Below, piece by piece: positions 28,787 to 38,358 of a stretch of 64,000 bases of DNA. The stretch is taken from the IMG/VR virus record IMGVR_UViG_3300007770_001284, positions 186,001-250,000 of that record; one strand, 5' to 3'. Positions within the stretch are counted from its first letter, which is position 1. Each line of letters opens with the position of its first letter. The notes under the pieces were generated by a model, which saw only the letters and a program-made list of their open reading frames with translations, was not told the DNA's origin and did not search any database. A program made the translations under genes and the position numbers.

Positions 28787-30026
28787 AGCGCAGCGAGCCA
28801 ATGAGCAGTTTATCAGGCAACAAATTAGGAAAATTCTTGCAGAGTCTTCTCAAGAGCTATTGCTTGAGAATGAGTTCGGAGACTTTGCATCACCTGATGA
28901 AGTCTATAAAACTTTCATTGGTCCATTTGTTAACGTGATGAAGGTTGCCAAAACAGCTTTCAAGGATGTGTCATCCGCCACTCTTATTTCTCTGTCTCAT
29001 GCATTTTCTTTCAGTGAAAAAAATCGTGAGAAGCTCCGGGCAAAGTATAAAATAGATCGTGACAAATACCGGCAAGAATATGCTGAAACGATGAAAGAGA
29101 TTGATGAAACGTTGGCATCTAGCGATGCAAAGTTGATGGCTTTTATGTTCAACCCTGGTGCATTTTTGGGTGCTCAAATGCTATCTCAAGCCAATGACCT
29201 GAATGAGCCGGTTTATGACTATATAAAGATGAGGATGGATTGGATCAGTCCAGAGCTAGACGCAGTTTTTCGAGATGTTGACACCAAGAGGGGCGCAGAG
29301 GCAGGACCCGCTCGTGGCCTGTTGGGAGACCTCAAGGTGCTATTTTTTGGCGAGGGATATCAATCGGTCACGCCCTTGTTAGAAGCAGAAGAAGAAGGAA
29401 AGAAGGAAAAGAAGGAAGAAGAGGAAGAGCCTCCAGCTGAATTATCTGAAGAAGAAGTGATAGAAAGAATTACTAAAGCTCTTAAGGCTTCGGCTTGGGG
29501 TAAGCAATTGCGGAAGGATGCTGAGAATATCGTAAAGATGAAGATGGCTGAAATCGAGGAAGTAAAAGGGATGGTTCAGGATCAAATGGCTGCCCTTTCG
29601 GAATTAACATCTGCAAAAAGTCTGGAAGAAATAGCACCGGTCGCTCAAAAACTAAAAACAATGGATGTAGATCTCACCTCCCAACTTCAGGAAGTCGAGA
29701 AGGTTGTCACAAAGAAGAAAGAAGAGTTAGCTGGCCCTGACGGAAAGACAATGATGGATGATCTTCGAAAGTTACCTGATGGGAAGAGTCTTCCGAAAGA
29801 TGCTGGACCGGAGGATTTTGCACCGCTTCTAGAGAAGGGTATACTTGCAAGTATGTTTCAGGGAGCAACCGCGAAAGCTCGTCAAGAATTGCTTCAAGGT
29901 GTGATGGACTATGTCGCAGAAGACATGAAGCCAAGCGAAGTACAGGAATTCAAAGAAGCTGGTCCATTAGGCGAAAAATATTCTGATGTAATAATGAATT
30001 TCTCTAAAGAGCTTGCAAGCCTTTAG
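28779..30026 (+). CDS. Helical protein with leader, putative virion protein
   Basis: FIRQQIRKILAE..LLLE N-term; internal PLLEAE. Confidence 0.55.
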   Translation: MNRAQRANEQFIRQQIRKILAESSQELLLENEFGDFASPDEVYKTFIGPFVNVMKVAKTAFKDVSSATLISLSHAFSFSEKNREKLRAKYKIDRDKYRQEYAETMKEIDETLASSDAKLMAFMFNPGAFLGAQMLSQANDLNEPVYDYIKMRMDWISPELDAVFRDVDTKRGAEAGPARGLLGDLKVLFFGEGYQSVTPLLEAEEEGKKEKKEEEEEPPAELSEEEVIERITKALKASAWGKQLRKDAENIVKMKMAEIEEVKGMVQDQMAALSELTSAKSLEEIAPVAQKLKTMDVDLTSQLQEVEKVVTKKKEELAGPDGKTMMDDLRKLPDGKSLPKDAGPEDFAPLLEKGILASMFQGATAKARQELLQGVMDYVAEDMKPSEVQEFKEAGPLGEKYSDVIMNFSKELASL

Positions 30027-30096
30027 TTCTACTTTCCAGTTTTCATTTCGCGGTTTATGATTATAATGAAATCGTACATGTCTGGGAGATGATGTT

Positions 30097-30456
30097 ATGA
30101 ATGATGAGAGATGGATACCAGAAATTTGTTATGAAGAAGTTGAAGATGGACTGACATCTCATATTCCTTTTGTAGAAGTTCCAATTGGAGCTGAAATGCC
30201 GAAGGTTCTTTTCATTTTTGAATCTAGAAACACTGGTGAGACAGAGCCTGGTCTTGATGGCGAAGAAATGCCGATCGTGGAATTAGATTTGCATCAATAT
30301 GCTGATATGAATATTTTACGTGATCAATTGAGTACAGCCTTATATGATGAAGTAAGGCAAGCTCTAGGGCTAGAGTCTCTTTCGACGGCGATGCCAGCTG
30401 GCACGAAAATTACTGAAAATATTAGAAGTAAGCTGGGTAGTGAAACTAGTGATTGA
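30097..30456 (+). CDS. Hypothetical protein
   Basis: RBS; TATAAT at 30062. Confidence 0.6.
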   Translation: MNDERWIPEICYEEVEDGLTSHIPFVEVPIGAEMPKVLFIFESRNTGETEPGLDGEEMPIVELDLHQYADMNILRDQLSTALYDEVRQALGLESLSTAMPAGTKITENIRSKLGSETSD

Positions 30457-30457
30457 T

Positions 30458-30486
30458 GTGTAAAATTTGCGGTTTTATGGTAAAAT
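30458..30486 (+). promoter_or_regulatory. sigma70-type promoter GTGTAA-N17-TAAAAT (extended TG)
   Basis: Family member; GGAGG RBS follows. Confidence 0.6.
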
Positions 30487-30518
30487 ATAGCTATATCAAA
30501 TAATACCGGAGGTTTTTG

Positions 30519-31193
30519 ATGTCACACTCTTATCTTTCCCGTGAGGCAGCGATTGATGCTGTTAACAATATCATGGGATTTGCAGATGATATGACTCGAA
30601 CATACGCAAAACATGGAATAGATCTCGGTGGTGATGTTGGTAGACAAAATATCCTTCTGTCTCCCGCTCAAGAGCATTTTTTTGCTGATGCTATCCGGCA
30701 AGCCGTAGGCTCATGTCGTAACGATGGTAGGACTGGTGAACCTGATATCGTCATTACTGCATTGGGTGATAAAGAGCTTGAGTGTAAGGTTGTCTGCCAA
30801 GGAAAGTCCGGCGCATGGTCCCTCCAGGCAGATCGTACGTCACTGTCTGACGGTAGAACGTTAGATTTTCTATATCTTATGTTCGATCGCTCATATGAGA
30901 ATGTAGGCGTTTTCCTTTTTAGTGATTTAGGATATGATGATTTTAAGGTGGCTAGCCCTGGCTCAAGAGGGAAATCCCGAATGCATAAATCATCGGCATT
31001 TCAAAAGTGCATTCCGTTGATTGGCGGTTTTTCTGATAGGAGCAAAAAATTCATCGCGCAATATACTAAGGCGCTAGAGGAAGCCGTTACACCAGCGCAA
31101 CGTTCTCATGCTAAGCAAAAATTAGAGCTGTGGAAAACAAAGGGTCCGCAAATAGCAATTTCACTGGAGCCTATTGATGACATTAGAAAATGA
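30519..31193 (+). CDS. PD-(D/E)xK nuclease, restriction-endonuclease-like
   Basis: GEPDIV...ELECK motif; DFLYLMF strand. Confidence 0.55.
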   Translation: MSHSYLSREAAIDAVNNIMGFADDMTRTYAKHGIDLGGDVGRQNILLSPAQEHFFADAIRQAVGSCRNDGRTGEPDIVITALGDKELECKVVCQGKSGAWSLQADRTSLSDGRTLDFLYLMFDRSYENVGVFLFSDLGYDDFKVASPGSRGKSRMHKSSAFQKCIPLIGGFSDRSKKFIAQYTKALEEAVTPAQRSHAKQKLELWKTKGPQIAISLEPIDDIRK

Positions 31194-31578
31194 ATCAGAT
31201 TTTTCGGTTGGTCAAGTTGTTTATTTTATAGCAAACAAAACAGAGACAGTTATTCCAGCTTTGATTGCTGAAAAGATTGTTCGAACACGCATCGATGGTG
31301 AACAGGTTGGGTATATTTTAAGCGTTAGAACCAAGCAGGGCATTGAGCGTGCAGAGATTGACCCATCTAAAACTAAGCTTTTTTCCACAACTGTAGATGT
31401 TCGAGAGCACATGCTGACCTTGGCGACAGCAGCCATAGATCGATTGATCCTGACAGCTGAGAAAGCTGCTGAGGAATTCGGTCCGGCGCAAGAGGCAATC
31501 CCAATGAGCGAGACAGCAGGAGAGGAAGCTCAAGTTGTTTTAGAAGATGGCAAGATCGCAAGAATTAGGATGCCTTGA
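31174..31578 (+). CDS. Hypothetical protein (SH3-like N-terminus)
   Basis: FSVGQVVYF. Confidence 0.55.
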   Translation: MMTLENESDFSVGQVVYFIANKTETVIPALIAEKIVRTRIDGEQVGYILSVRTKQGIERAEIDPSKTKLFSTTVDVREHMLTLATAAIDRLILTAEKAAEEFGPAQEAIPMSETAGEEAQVVLEDGKIARIRMP

Positions 31579-31579
31579 T

Positions 31580-32410
31580 ATGAAACACTTGATTTTAGAT
31601 GCGAACAACTTGATCTTTCGAGCGCGTCATTCTTGCTATCAGCGTAATTACGAGAATGTTATTGTCCATACATTCTTTCGGAGTCTGAAACCGATCGTTG
31701 AAAAGTTTTCACCTGATTACGTGTATTTTGTGCTTGATGGAAGACCGAAAAAAAGGTTAGAGGTTCTTCCCGAGTATAAGGCAAACCGCACTTACCATGA
31801 TAAAGATGGCTTTAGTCATCAAAGAAAAGAAATTATAAGAATTGTTAGGGAGAAATTTCCATTTGTGACTTTACGACATCCTGAAGCAGAGGCTGATGAT
31901 GTAATAGCGCATTTGGCGCTTGAGTCTATTCCTGACGATCATGAAAAGATTATTGTTTCAAGCGATACAGATTTCATTCAATTGTGCCAAGATGCTCCGC
32001 TGACGCAGCTTTACAATCCCATCTCAAAAAGCTTTCGCCCGGCGCCCGCTTACCCCTACGCTATTTGGAAAGCGTTTCGAGGTGATGGGTCTGATAATAT
32101 TCCCGGTATTAGGGGGATTGGGAACAAGCGCGCAGCTACTCTGGCTAGCGATCTTAATGCCAGATCGTTGTTTTTCGAAAGCAGTCCAGAGCATGAAGAG
32201 GTTTTTTTGCGAAACGTAGGGTTGATATCGCTGACTGCGCTTGAGGATATATCAACGCTACAAATTTCTTATAGCGAACAAGAATTTTCTAGTGTGCTGG
32301 AAACCTTTACTACACTTGGATTCAAGAGTATGATTAGTCAAAATGCATGGCAAAAATATTCTAAGCCATTTGAGGACTTGAAAGATGGAACAAGGTACAT
32401 TACCTCCTGA
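31580..32410 (+). CDS. 5'-3' flap exonuclease / RNase H (T4 Rnh, Pol I N-domain family)
   Basis: LILDANNL, YKANR, EADDVI, SSDTDFIQL, GDGSDNIPGIRGIG. Confidence 0.9.
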   Translation: MKHLILDANNLIFRARHSCYQRNYENVIVHTFFRSLKPIVEKFSPDYVYFVLDGRPKKRLEVLPEYKANRTYHDKDGFSHQRKEIIRIVREKFPFVTLRHPEAEADDVIAHLALESIPDDHEKIIVSSDTDFIQLCQDAPLTQLYNPISKSFRPAPAYPYAIWKAFRGDGSDNIPGIRGIGNKRAATLASDLNARSLFFESSPEHEEVFLRNVGLISLTALEDISTLQISYSEQEFSSVLETFTTLGFKSMISQNAWQKYSKPFEDLKDGTRYITS

Positions 32411-32579
32411 GATTTTGGTAGAAATGCGCGCAAAAGGATTGATATCTGAGACTGAGATTGTCTATAAAGAGGGTGATCTTTATGTCGCAAAGGATGTTGT
32501 GACAAATTCAAAAAGAATTATTGAGTATGGAGGCCCAGTCCGTGAGGGCCGCGGCGGTAAGAGGCTGCTCAAAGGATGA
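32385..32579 (+). CDS. Small hypothetical protein
   Basis: Overlapping operon member ending RLLKG; not GroES-like. Confidence 0.5.
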   Translation: MEQGTLPPEILVEMRAKGLISETEIVYKEGDLYVAKDVVTNSKRIIEYGGPVREGRGGKRLLKG

Positions 32580-34159
32580 TTGATGAGTCTCCAAAATTAA
32601 TCAGCTTTTCCGATGACGCCCGCGAAAAAGTAAAAGTGGGAGTTGATACCCTCAACTCTGCTGTCGAGGTTACAATGGGCCCAAGCGGAAAAAACGTCCT
32701 AATTGAAAGAGACGGTATGTCTCCTATTTTAACAAAGGATGGGGTCACCGTAGCAAGAGCAGTTCATCTTCGCGATCGATTTGCCAATATGGGTGTACAT
32801 CTTGTACGAGAAGCAGCTCAAAGAACTGCTGAAGAGGCAGGAGATGGCACTACAACAGCCACTATTTTGGCATCTGCAATCTTCCACGAAGGGCTAAAGG
32901 CCCTTAATGCTGGTCATGAATTAAACGATATTAGAAGCGGTATCAGGTCTGCGACGTTAACGCTTATCGAGAAGCTCCAAAGCAAGTCAAGTCCCGTAAA
33001 GTCTGATAAAGATCTGTTAAGAGTCGCAAATATATCTGTTAATGGAGAAGAGGACCTTGCTGAATTGATCGTAGACGCGTTGAAAGCTGTCGGTGAAACA
33101 GGTAGCGTGACAGTCGATGAAGCAAAAGGCTTTGAGTCGTCTTTGGAGGTTGTTGATGGGTGTGAAATTGATCGTGGTTATGTGTCACCATACTTTATAA
33201 ACCGACCAGCGAGAATGTGTTGTGAACTTGAGAATCCTGCAATTTTAATTACAACACAAAAAGTCCACCTGTTGAGTCATATTATGCATTTTTTAGAAGA
33301 ATCGGCTTCAACAGGTAGACCGCTTGTATTAATATCACCAGAAGTAACTGGCGAAGCGCTTCAAGCATTAATTCTAAATCATTCAAAAAACTTAATCAAG
33401 ACATGCGTTCTTGCTGCTCCTGAATTTGGAGATGCAAGGATAGAGGCATTGAGAGATTTAGCGGTTTTATTTGGCTGCGAGATGTTAACAGACGAACCAT
33501 CGACTTGGACGAACTATGGTTTAGGGGACATGGGTCGGTGTGATAGGTTGTTGGCGTATAGGTTTCGAAGCATTTTTATCGGAGCAGCAGGTGATGAGAC
33601 AACTCGCTCTGAAAGAATTGACGATATTGTGGCTGCAAAAGAAAGCCAGCAAGAAAGCAATGAAATATACGCAGTTCTCGATCGTCGAATTCGGAGGATG
33701 AGTAGCGGTATCGGAATTTTACGAGTTGGCGGCGCGACAGAAGCAGAAATTCGTGAACGTAAAGACAGGGTTGACGATGCCATTTACGCGACTAGAGCAG
33801 CGATAGAGGAAGGAATTATCCCAGGTGGTGGAGCAGTTTTAGCAAGGATTGCTTCAGATATTTTAGAGCCTGAATCGGGGATAGGCGAGAAAATTTTATA
33901 CAAGTCTGCAACGGCGCCGCTTAAACAAATTGCGAAGAATTGTGGTGCTGTGCCTGAGGTAATTTTAGAGAAAATGCTTGAAAAACCCTCATCTTTTGGC
34001 TACAATGGTATATCTAATGAGGTGTGTAACCTTATGAAGGTAGGAATTGTGGATCCTGTGAAGGTTACTCGTTTGGCTCTTACAAATGCGTCCAGTGTTG
34101 CGATTAACCTGTTATCAATTGGTTGTGCAATGGTAAACGAAGAGGATAACAACGATTGA
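32576..34159 (+). CDS. groEL: Phage chaperonin GroEL (divergent)
   Basis: TMGPSGKNV, TKDGVTVA, AGDGTTTAT, DRGYVSPYF, VGGATE, EGIIPGGG, GIVDPVKV; no GGM tail. Confidence 0.93.
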   Translation: MIDESPKLISFSDDAREKVKVGVDTLNSAVEVTMGPSGKNVLIERDGMSPILTKDGVTVARAVHLRDRFANMGVHLVREAAQRTAEEAGDGTTTATILASAIFHEGLKALNAGHELNDIRSGIRSATLTLIEKLQSKSSPVKSDKDLLRVANISVNGEEDLAELIVDALKAVGETGSVTVDEAKGFESSLEVVDGCEIDRGYVSPYFINRPARMCCELENPAILITTQKVHLLSHIMHFLEESASTGRPLVLISPEVTGEALQALILNHSKNLIKTCVLAAPEFGDARIEALRDLAVLFGCEMLTDEPSTWTNYGLGDMGRCDRLLAYRFRSIFIGAAGDETTRSERIDDIVAAKESQQESNEIYAVLDRRIRRMSSGIGILRVGGATEAEIRERKDRVDDAIYATRAAIEEGIIPGGGAVLARIASDILEPESGIGEKILYKSATAPLKQIAKNCGAVPEVILEKMLEKPSSFGYNGISNEVCNLMKVGIVDPVKVTRLALTNASSVAINLLSIGCAMVNEEDNND

Positions 34160-34410
34160 TGGCTCAAAGAAGACAAACACGTCAGCCCTTTAGGAAAGTA
34201 GATATGCAAAATATCCAATATATGTCCGACTCTAAAGTCGAAATGTTACTGGAGCGATACAGACAAAAGAGGCGGTATAGTCCTCCTGAATTTTATAAGA
34301 GCTATGAAGAAGAAATATGTTATTTATTTCGAGAAGCGGAGTGTCGAAAAAATAGGAAAATTGCTCATCAAAATTATTTGAGAAAAAAGACAAGATATCG
34401 TGCAAAGTAA
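34159..34410 (+). CDS. Basic hypothetical protein
   Basis: TGATG overlap. Confidence 0.5.
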   Translation: MAQRRQTRQPFRKVDMQNIQYMSDSKVEMLLERYRQKRRYSPPEFYKSYEEEICYLFREAECRKNRKIAHQNYLRKKTRYRAK

Positions 34411-34429
34411 CGTACATATGGTGTATAAT
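34400..34429 (+). promoter_or_regulatory. sigma70-type promoter GTGCAA-N18-TATAAT
   Basis: Upstream of the sigma factor gene. Confidence 0.55.
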
Positions 34430-34495
34430 ATTAATGATGGATGGGGAAATACCTCTATCTGTGACTAACCTAATTTACTCGGGGCTATAAAACAT

Positions 34496-35251
34496 ATGAT
34501 GCTAGACCATTACTTTAAGGATGTGGGAAGCCATGATCTTCTCACGAGAGAAGAAGAAGTAGAGCTTGCAAAAGCAATTGAACTGGGTGACCAGTCTGCT
34601 AGAGAAAAGATGATTCAGTCGAATCTTCGTCTTGCGATCTCTATTGCAAAGAAATTCCGTGACCGCGGATGTTCGTTTGAAGACTTGATTCAAGAATCGA
34701 ATATTGGCTTGATTAGAGCGGTCGATCGTTTTGACTGGCGTAGGGGTTTCAAGTTCAGTACATATGCTGTGTGGTGGATTCGTCAAGCCGTGCAATCTCA
34801 CGTTGCTGGCCAGTCTGGCGCAATTAAGATGCCAACTTCTGCTCGAGCGCTAATGTACAGAGCGTACAAATTCACGGAAGAATATACCGAAGAGTTTAAA
34901 TGCGAGCCCTCTCCTGAAGAAGTCGCCGCGGCAGTTGGTGTTCCGGTTCAGACTCTAAAGGCAATCAGAAAGTCAGGAGCACCTCAACTATCACTGGACG
35001 CCCCGGTAGGGAAAAACGATTCGGGGAGTCGAACATTCGCTGAGCTTGTTGGAGGCACGGACGATCGTGATCCGGGCGATAGTCTGGATCGTATTGTTCT
35101 TCGGGGTGCTCTAGTTGGCGCTCTTAAGAAGCTATCTTCTCGAGAAGAAAAGATTATTCGTCTTCGATTTGGGTTGTCTGAAGATGACCATGATTCTGAG
35201 AATTTTCCAATTTCAAAAGCTGATTTTTTGAAGCTACAAGGGAGTAAGTAA
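34496..35251 (+). CDS. RNA polymerase sigma70-family factor (RpoD/RpoS-like)
   Basis: [74 protein letters not shown]. Confidence 0.93.
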   Translation: MMLDHYFKDVGSHDLLTREEEVELAKAIELGDQSAREKMIQSNLRLAISIAKKFRDRGCSFEDLIQESNIGLIRAVDRFDWRRGFKFSTYAVWWIRQAVQSHVAGQSGAIKMPTSARALMYRAYKFTEEYTEEFKCEPSPEEVAAAVGVPVQTLKAIRKSGAPQLSLDAPVGKNDSGSRTFAELVGGTDDRDPGDSLDRIVLRGALVGALKKLSSREEKIIRLRFGLSEDDHDSENFPISKADFLKLQGSK

Positions 35252-35529
35252 TGAGTATGCCAAAGGGATTCAAAGCCACACACGGCTACGCAACAGTAAC
35301 TGAGCGGGGTGGCAAGGGCTATCGTGAAATTGCTGAAATTATGACAGAGCATGGCGATTCCATGAAGCACTCTGCTGCTAGAAACTATTTCTTAAGCGGA
35401 ATGCGAAAGGTTGCGTCTGTCGTATGCGAGCTTTACGAAATGCCAAATGACGAGATTGAGCGGATCGCTCTTGATCCAAGGTTCCAGGAAAGCGTAGCAG
35501 ACATTATGTCAGAGGGAATTGATTTGTGA
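35251..35529 (+). CDS. Small HTH protein, possibly completing sigma region 4
   Basis: GYREIAEIM..ARNYFLSGMRK resembles a region 4.2 HTH; TAATG coupled to the sigma gene. Confidence 0.45.
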   Translation: MSMPKGFKATHGYATVTERGGKGYREIAEIMTEHGDSMKHSAARNYFLSGMRKVASVVCELYEMPNDEIERIALDPRFQESVADIMSEGIDL

Positions 35530-35852
35530 GCCTGCGTTTATTCATAGAGCAATTTCAGTCCTTGAGAGAAAGGACTGAATTGCTTGAAGCGCTTGAGTGG
35601 GATGAAGAGCTATTAAACGAATTTTTAAATGAGCTAAGAGCAATGTTGTCCGCAGCCCCACCAGATCTAGGGAAAGCTTTGTTTTGGCTTAAGAACACTG
35701 GGTGGGAATGCTTCGATGGGAATCTAATGCCCGAAAACGTTTTTCGTACTGTTGAAATACTTATTTGTAATGCAAGAGATAGAATGCTAGCTGAAGAAGC
35801 TGCCAGAAAACGATATTATAGTTCAGGTAATGATGATGACAAATGGAATTAG
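35526..35852 (+). CDS. Hypothetical protein
   Basis: GTGA overlap. Confidence 0.5.
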   Translation: MSLRLFIEQFQSLRERTELLEALEWDEELLNEFLNELRAMLSAAPPDLGKALFWLKNTGWECFDGNLMPENVFRTVEILICNARDRMLAEEAARKRYYSSGNDDDKWN

Positions 35853-36198
35853 AAAACGCTCATTTGAAAGCTGGATCCACCGCCGACAGATAAATTTAGG
35901 CGAATGGTTAAAAAACAAACAGATTACTAGCTTGAGCCATCTCAAAAAGTGGTGCAATGAGAATAATCTGGTTCCCCCCAAGACCTCAGACGTATCTTCA
36001 TTGTTTATAGACACCTCTATAGCAGAAAAAGAACACACCGCTCCCGACAAGCCTGTACCCTCGTTGTCTTCTGAAGAAGTAAAGTCAAAACAAGCAGAGA
36101 AGACTTCTTCTAAGAAAGAAGCGTGGCATACTCCTGCCGCCGAGCGCCCACGTCGAGCGAAGAAAAAGAGAGTAACCAATGATTCCAAAAAGCGTTAG
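35830..36198 (+). CDS. Basic hypothetical protein
   Basis: Operon member. Confidence 0.5.
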   Translation: MMMTNGIRKRSFESWIHRRQINLGEWLKNKQITSLSHLKKWCNENNLVPPKTSDVSSLFIDTSIAEKEHTAPDKPVPSLSSEEVKSKQAEKTSSKKEAWHTPAAERPRRAKKKRVTNDSKKR

Positions 36199-36357
36199 AG
36201 GACGTATATTTGTTGTATTGACGTTTTTAAATTTTGGAATTGCTGCATTTTTTGCTGCGCTAGGAGAAGCGCAACAAACGCTGTTCAGCGGTGTTACTGC
36301 AACTTTGTGCTTTTTTGTTTGGTGGGCTGAAATTATTAGGCAAGATAGGGACTAACG

Positions 36358-37005
36358 ATGTATAAAAGTATTGTTACATGGCCGAATAAGACGTTGTCTA
36401 AAGTGTGTTCACCAATTACAACGGGAGAAGATTCATATCAATTCCTTGATGATCTAAAAGACACATTTCGAGTGCTCCAGGGATACGGTCTTGCAGCGCC
36501 CCAAATTGGATATTCGGTAAGCGCATTTGTTATAAACCCACAATTGCTTGAAATAGAGGACCATGAAGAAGAAGTTTTGGAAGTGATTAATCCCTCCATA
36601 TCATGTAGCGGTGAGATTGTTCGCGTTGAAGAATCGTGTTTCTCTATTCCAGAAATTTCTGCTTACGTTCCTCGTTATGAAAAATGTGTATTAACTTTTT
36701 GTGATCGTGAGGGAAACCCTAGAGAATTAAATTTGTTTGGGTTCCCAGCAGCATGTGTTCAGCATGAATTTGATCACCTGACAGGCCAGGTTTTTTTAAA
36801 TCGACTTTCTAGATTAAAGCGATCAATGCTCATTAAGAAGGTAAAGAAGACTAGAAAGCGTGATAGGGAGCTCGCGGCGCTGGTGAAAGCGCAGTTTGAG
36901 CAAGACAGCGAGCTTTATAACGGCAAATCAAGCAAGTCCTCACCGCAAAAAACAGGACGTAGTCGTAAGAAAAAAATACGCAAGAAGCGAAATAAACGAA
37001 AGTAA
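36358..37005 (+). CDS. def: Peptide deformylase
   Basis: GYGLAAPQIG, EESCFS (EGCLS variant), QHEFDHLTG; long Lys/Arg tail. Confidence 0.9.
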   Translation: MYKSIVTWPNKTLSKVCSPITTGEDSYQFLDDLKDTFRVLQGYGLAAPQIGYSVSAFVINPQLLEIEDHEEEVLEVINPSISCSGEIVRVEESCFSIPEISAYVPRYEKCVLTFCDREGNPRELNLFGFPAACVQHEFDHLTGQVFLNRLSRLKRSMLIKKVKKTRKRDRELAALVKAQFEQDSELYNGKSSKSSPQKTGRSRKKKIRKKRNKRK

Positions 37006-37081
37006 TTCCGAGTGTGTGAGTACACCAGCGGGCTTGTTTTTATATTTACTTGATGTAACAAAAAAGGTGTTGGGAGAAAAA

Positions 37082-37321
37082 ATGCCAAGCATTAAACTAC
37101 GAAAAGGTCAATCAGTTATTCGTTCTGTTAAGGGAGCCCGCGGTTTCTGTTATCCCGCTAGTTCTGTCGATGGTAAGCTTATTGTCGAAAAAAATTGCAC
37201 TGCCGAAAAAATGATGTGGAAGGATCACCTTGGTCTGAATGCATATGCTGTCACCACATCAGCTTTCAGGATGGAAGATCGCTATCCAGGTCACGCTTCG
37301 AAGATGGTTGTCTGGAAGTGA
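37082..37321 (+). CDS. Hypothetical protein
   Basis: GGGAG RBS before ATG 37082. Confidence 0.55.
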   Translation: MPSIKLRKGQSVIRSVKGARGFCYPASSVDGKLIVEKNCTAEKMMWKDHLGLNAYAVTTSAFRMEDRYPGHASKMVVWK

Positions 37322-37346
37322 AAAGCTGCTGAGTTTTTGGTATAAT
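37318..37346 (+). promoter_or_regulatory. sigma70-type promoter GTGAAA-N17-TATAAT (TGG extended)
   Basis: Family member. Confidence 0.6.
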
Positions 37347-37364
37347 ATATCAAAAGGATTTTAA

Positions 37365-37709
37365 GTGGCAAAGAAAGTAAAAAGGCGCTCTAGAACCAGA
37401 AAAGGTGTTTCGAAAAGCTGGGGTCGTACAGCTGATGCACAGATAAATTACACACCAATGAAGTTAGCGATTCCTTCTGGAAAGTGTCCGATTGTTTTAG
37501 CTGATACAAGCTACGAAGCAGTTCGGGAGTGGGTCATTGCGATAACGTCAAGTAAGCCTGAACCTCACACATACCAGCTTAGCGTTTACAGGTACTGGGT
37601 CAGGGATTTCTATGATATTTTCTCTGAAGAGTATAAGACAGTTGTCTCTGAATTAGAGAAAATAGTAACTCGTGATATAAAGACTGTCGATGATTTGGGA
37701 GGGCAATAA
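37365..37709 (+). CDS. Hypothetical protein
   Basis: AAGGA RBS. Confidence 0.55.
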   Translation: MAKKVKRRSRTRKGVSKSWGRTADAQINYTPMKLAIPSGKCPIVLADTSYEAVREWVIAITSSKPEPHTYQLSVYRYWVRDFYDIFSEEYKTVVSELEKIVTRDIKTVDDLGGQ

Positions 37710-37717
37710 AATGCCGA

Positions 37718-38074
37718 GTGTATTATCGAGCTAAGGAATTGGCTGTGGCGAATGGACGATCTTATCATTTGGCTGCAATTCTTCGCCGGAACGGTAGGGT
37801 CGTTCGCATTGGGGAGAACACCGACAAGACACATCCTCGTTTTAAGAGGCAATACGCTGACGGAACTTGGGCTTCTCACATGCATGCGGAAATGAACGTT
37901 CTTCGTTTTGCCGAGCCTGGTGACGAGCTGGAAGTGATGCGCTTTAAGAAGTGTGACCACGGTCGGACAATGGCAAAGCCTTGTCAGCTCTGTGTTTCTG
38001 AGATTCAAAAAGCTGGTATTAAAAAGGTGAAGTTTACCAATTGGGACGGTGAGTGGGAGGAACTTGAGTTGTGA
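37718..38074 (+). CDS. Zn-dependent cytidine/CMP deaminase-fold protein
   Basis: HAEMNV..AKPCQLC. Confidence 0.8.
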   Translation: MYYRAKELAVANGRSYHLAAILRRNGRVVRIGENTDKTHPRFKRQYADGTWASHMHAEMNVLRFAEPGDELEVMRFKKCDHGRTMAKPCQLCVSEIQKAGIKKVKFTNWDGEWEELEL

Positions 38075-38358
38075 TAAAAAAAGGTTCATTAGTTTCTCGA
38101 AAGCCCGATGGTTATTGCGCACATCTTCGTGGAGATATTTTTAAAAATGATTATCCGCCCGCTGGAGAAGTGTGTATTGTGGTTTCGACGCCCAAAGAGA
38201 AAGACCTTTCATATCAGTTGCGACGAGTCAGCGAAGATTATATTGCTCTGAAAAAAGCTATTGATGTTATTTATTGTGGAGCACTTTTTGAATTGTGTGA
38301 CATGGCACTCTTTGAAGAAGTTAAGCCTCCCCGTAGCGATGGAGCGGCTATAGAGTGA
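38071..38358 (+). CDS. Hypothetical protein
   Basis: GGAGG RBS, overlap. Confidence 0.5.
   Translation: MIKKGSLVSRKPDGYCAHLRGDIFKNDYPPAGEVCIVVSTPKEKDLSYQLRRVSEDYIALKKAIDVIYCGALFELCDMALFEEVKPPRSDGAAIE

Noticed and set aside
32385-32579. GroES candidate upstream of groEL
   Set aside because: Too short and lacks the PLxDRV and mobile-loop GGI motifs
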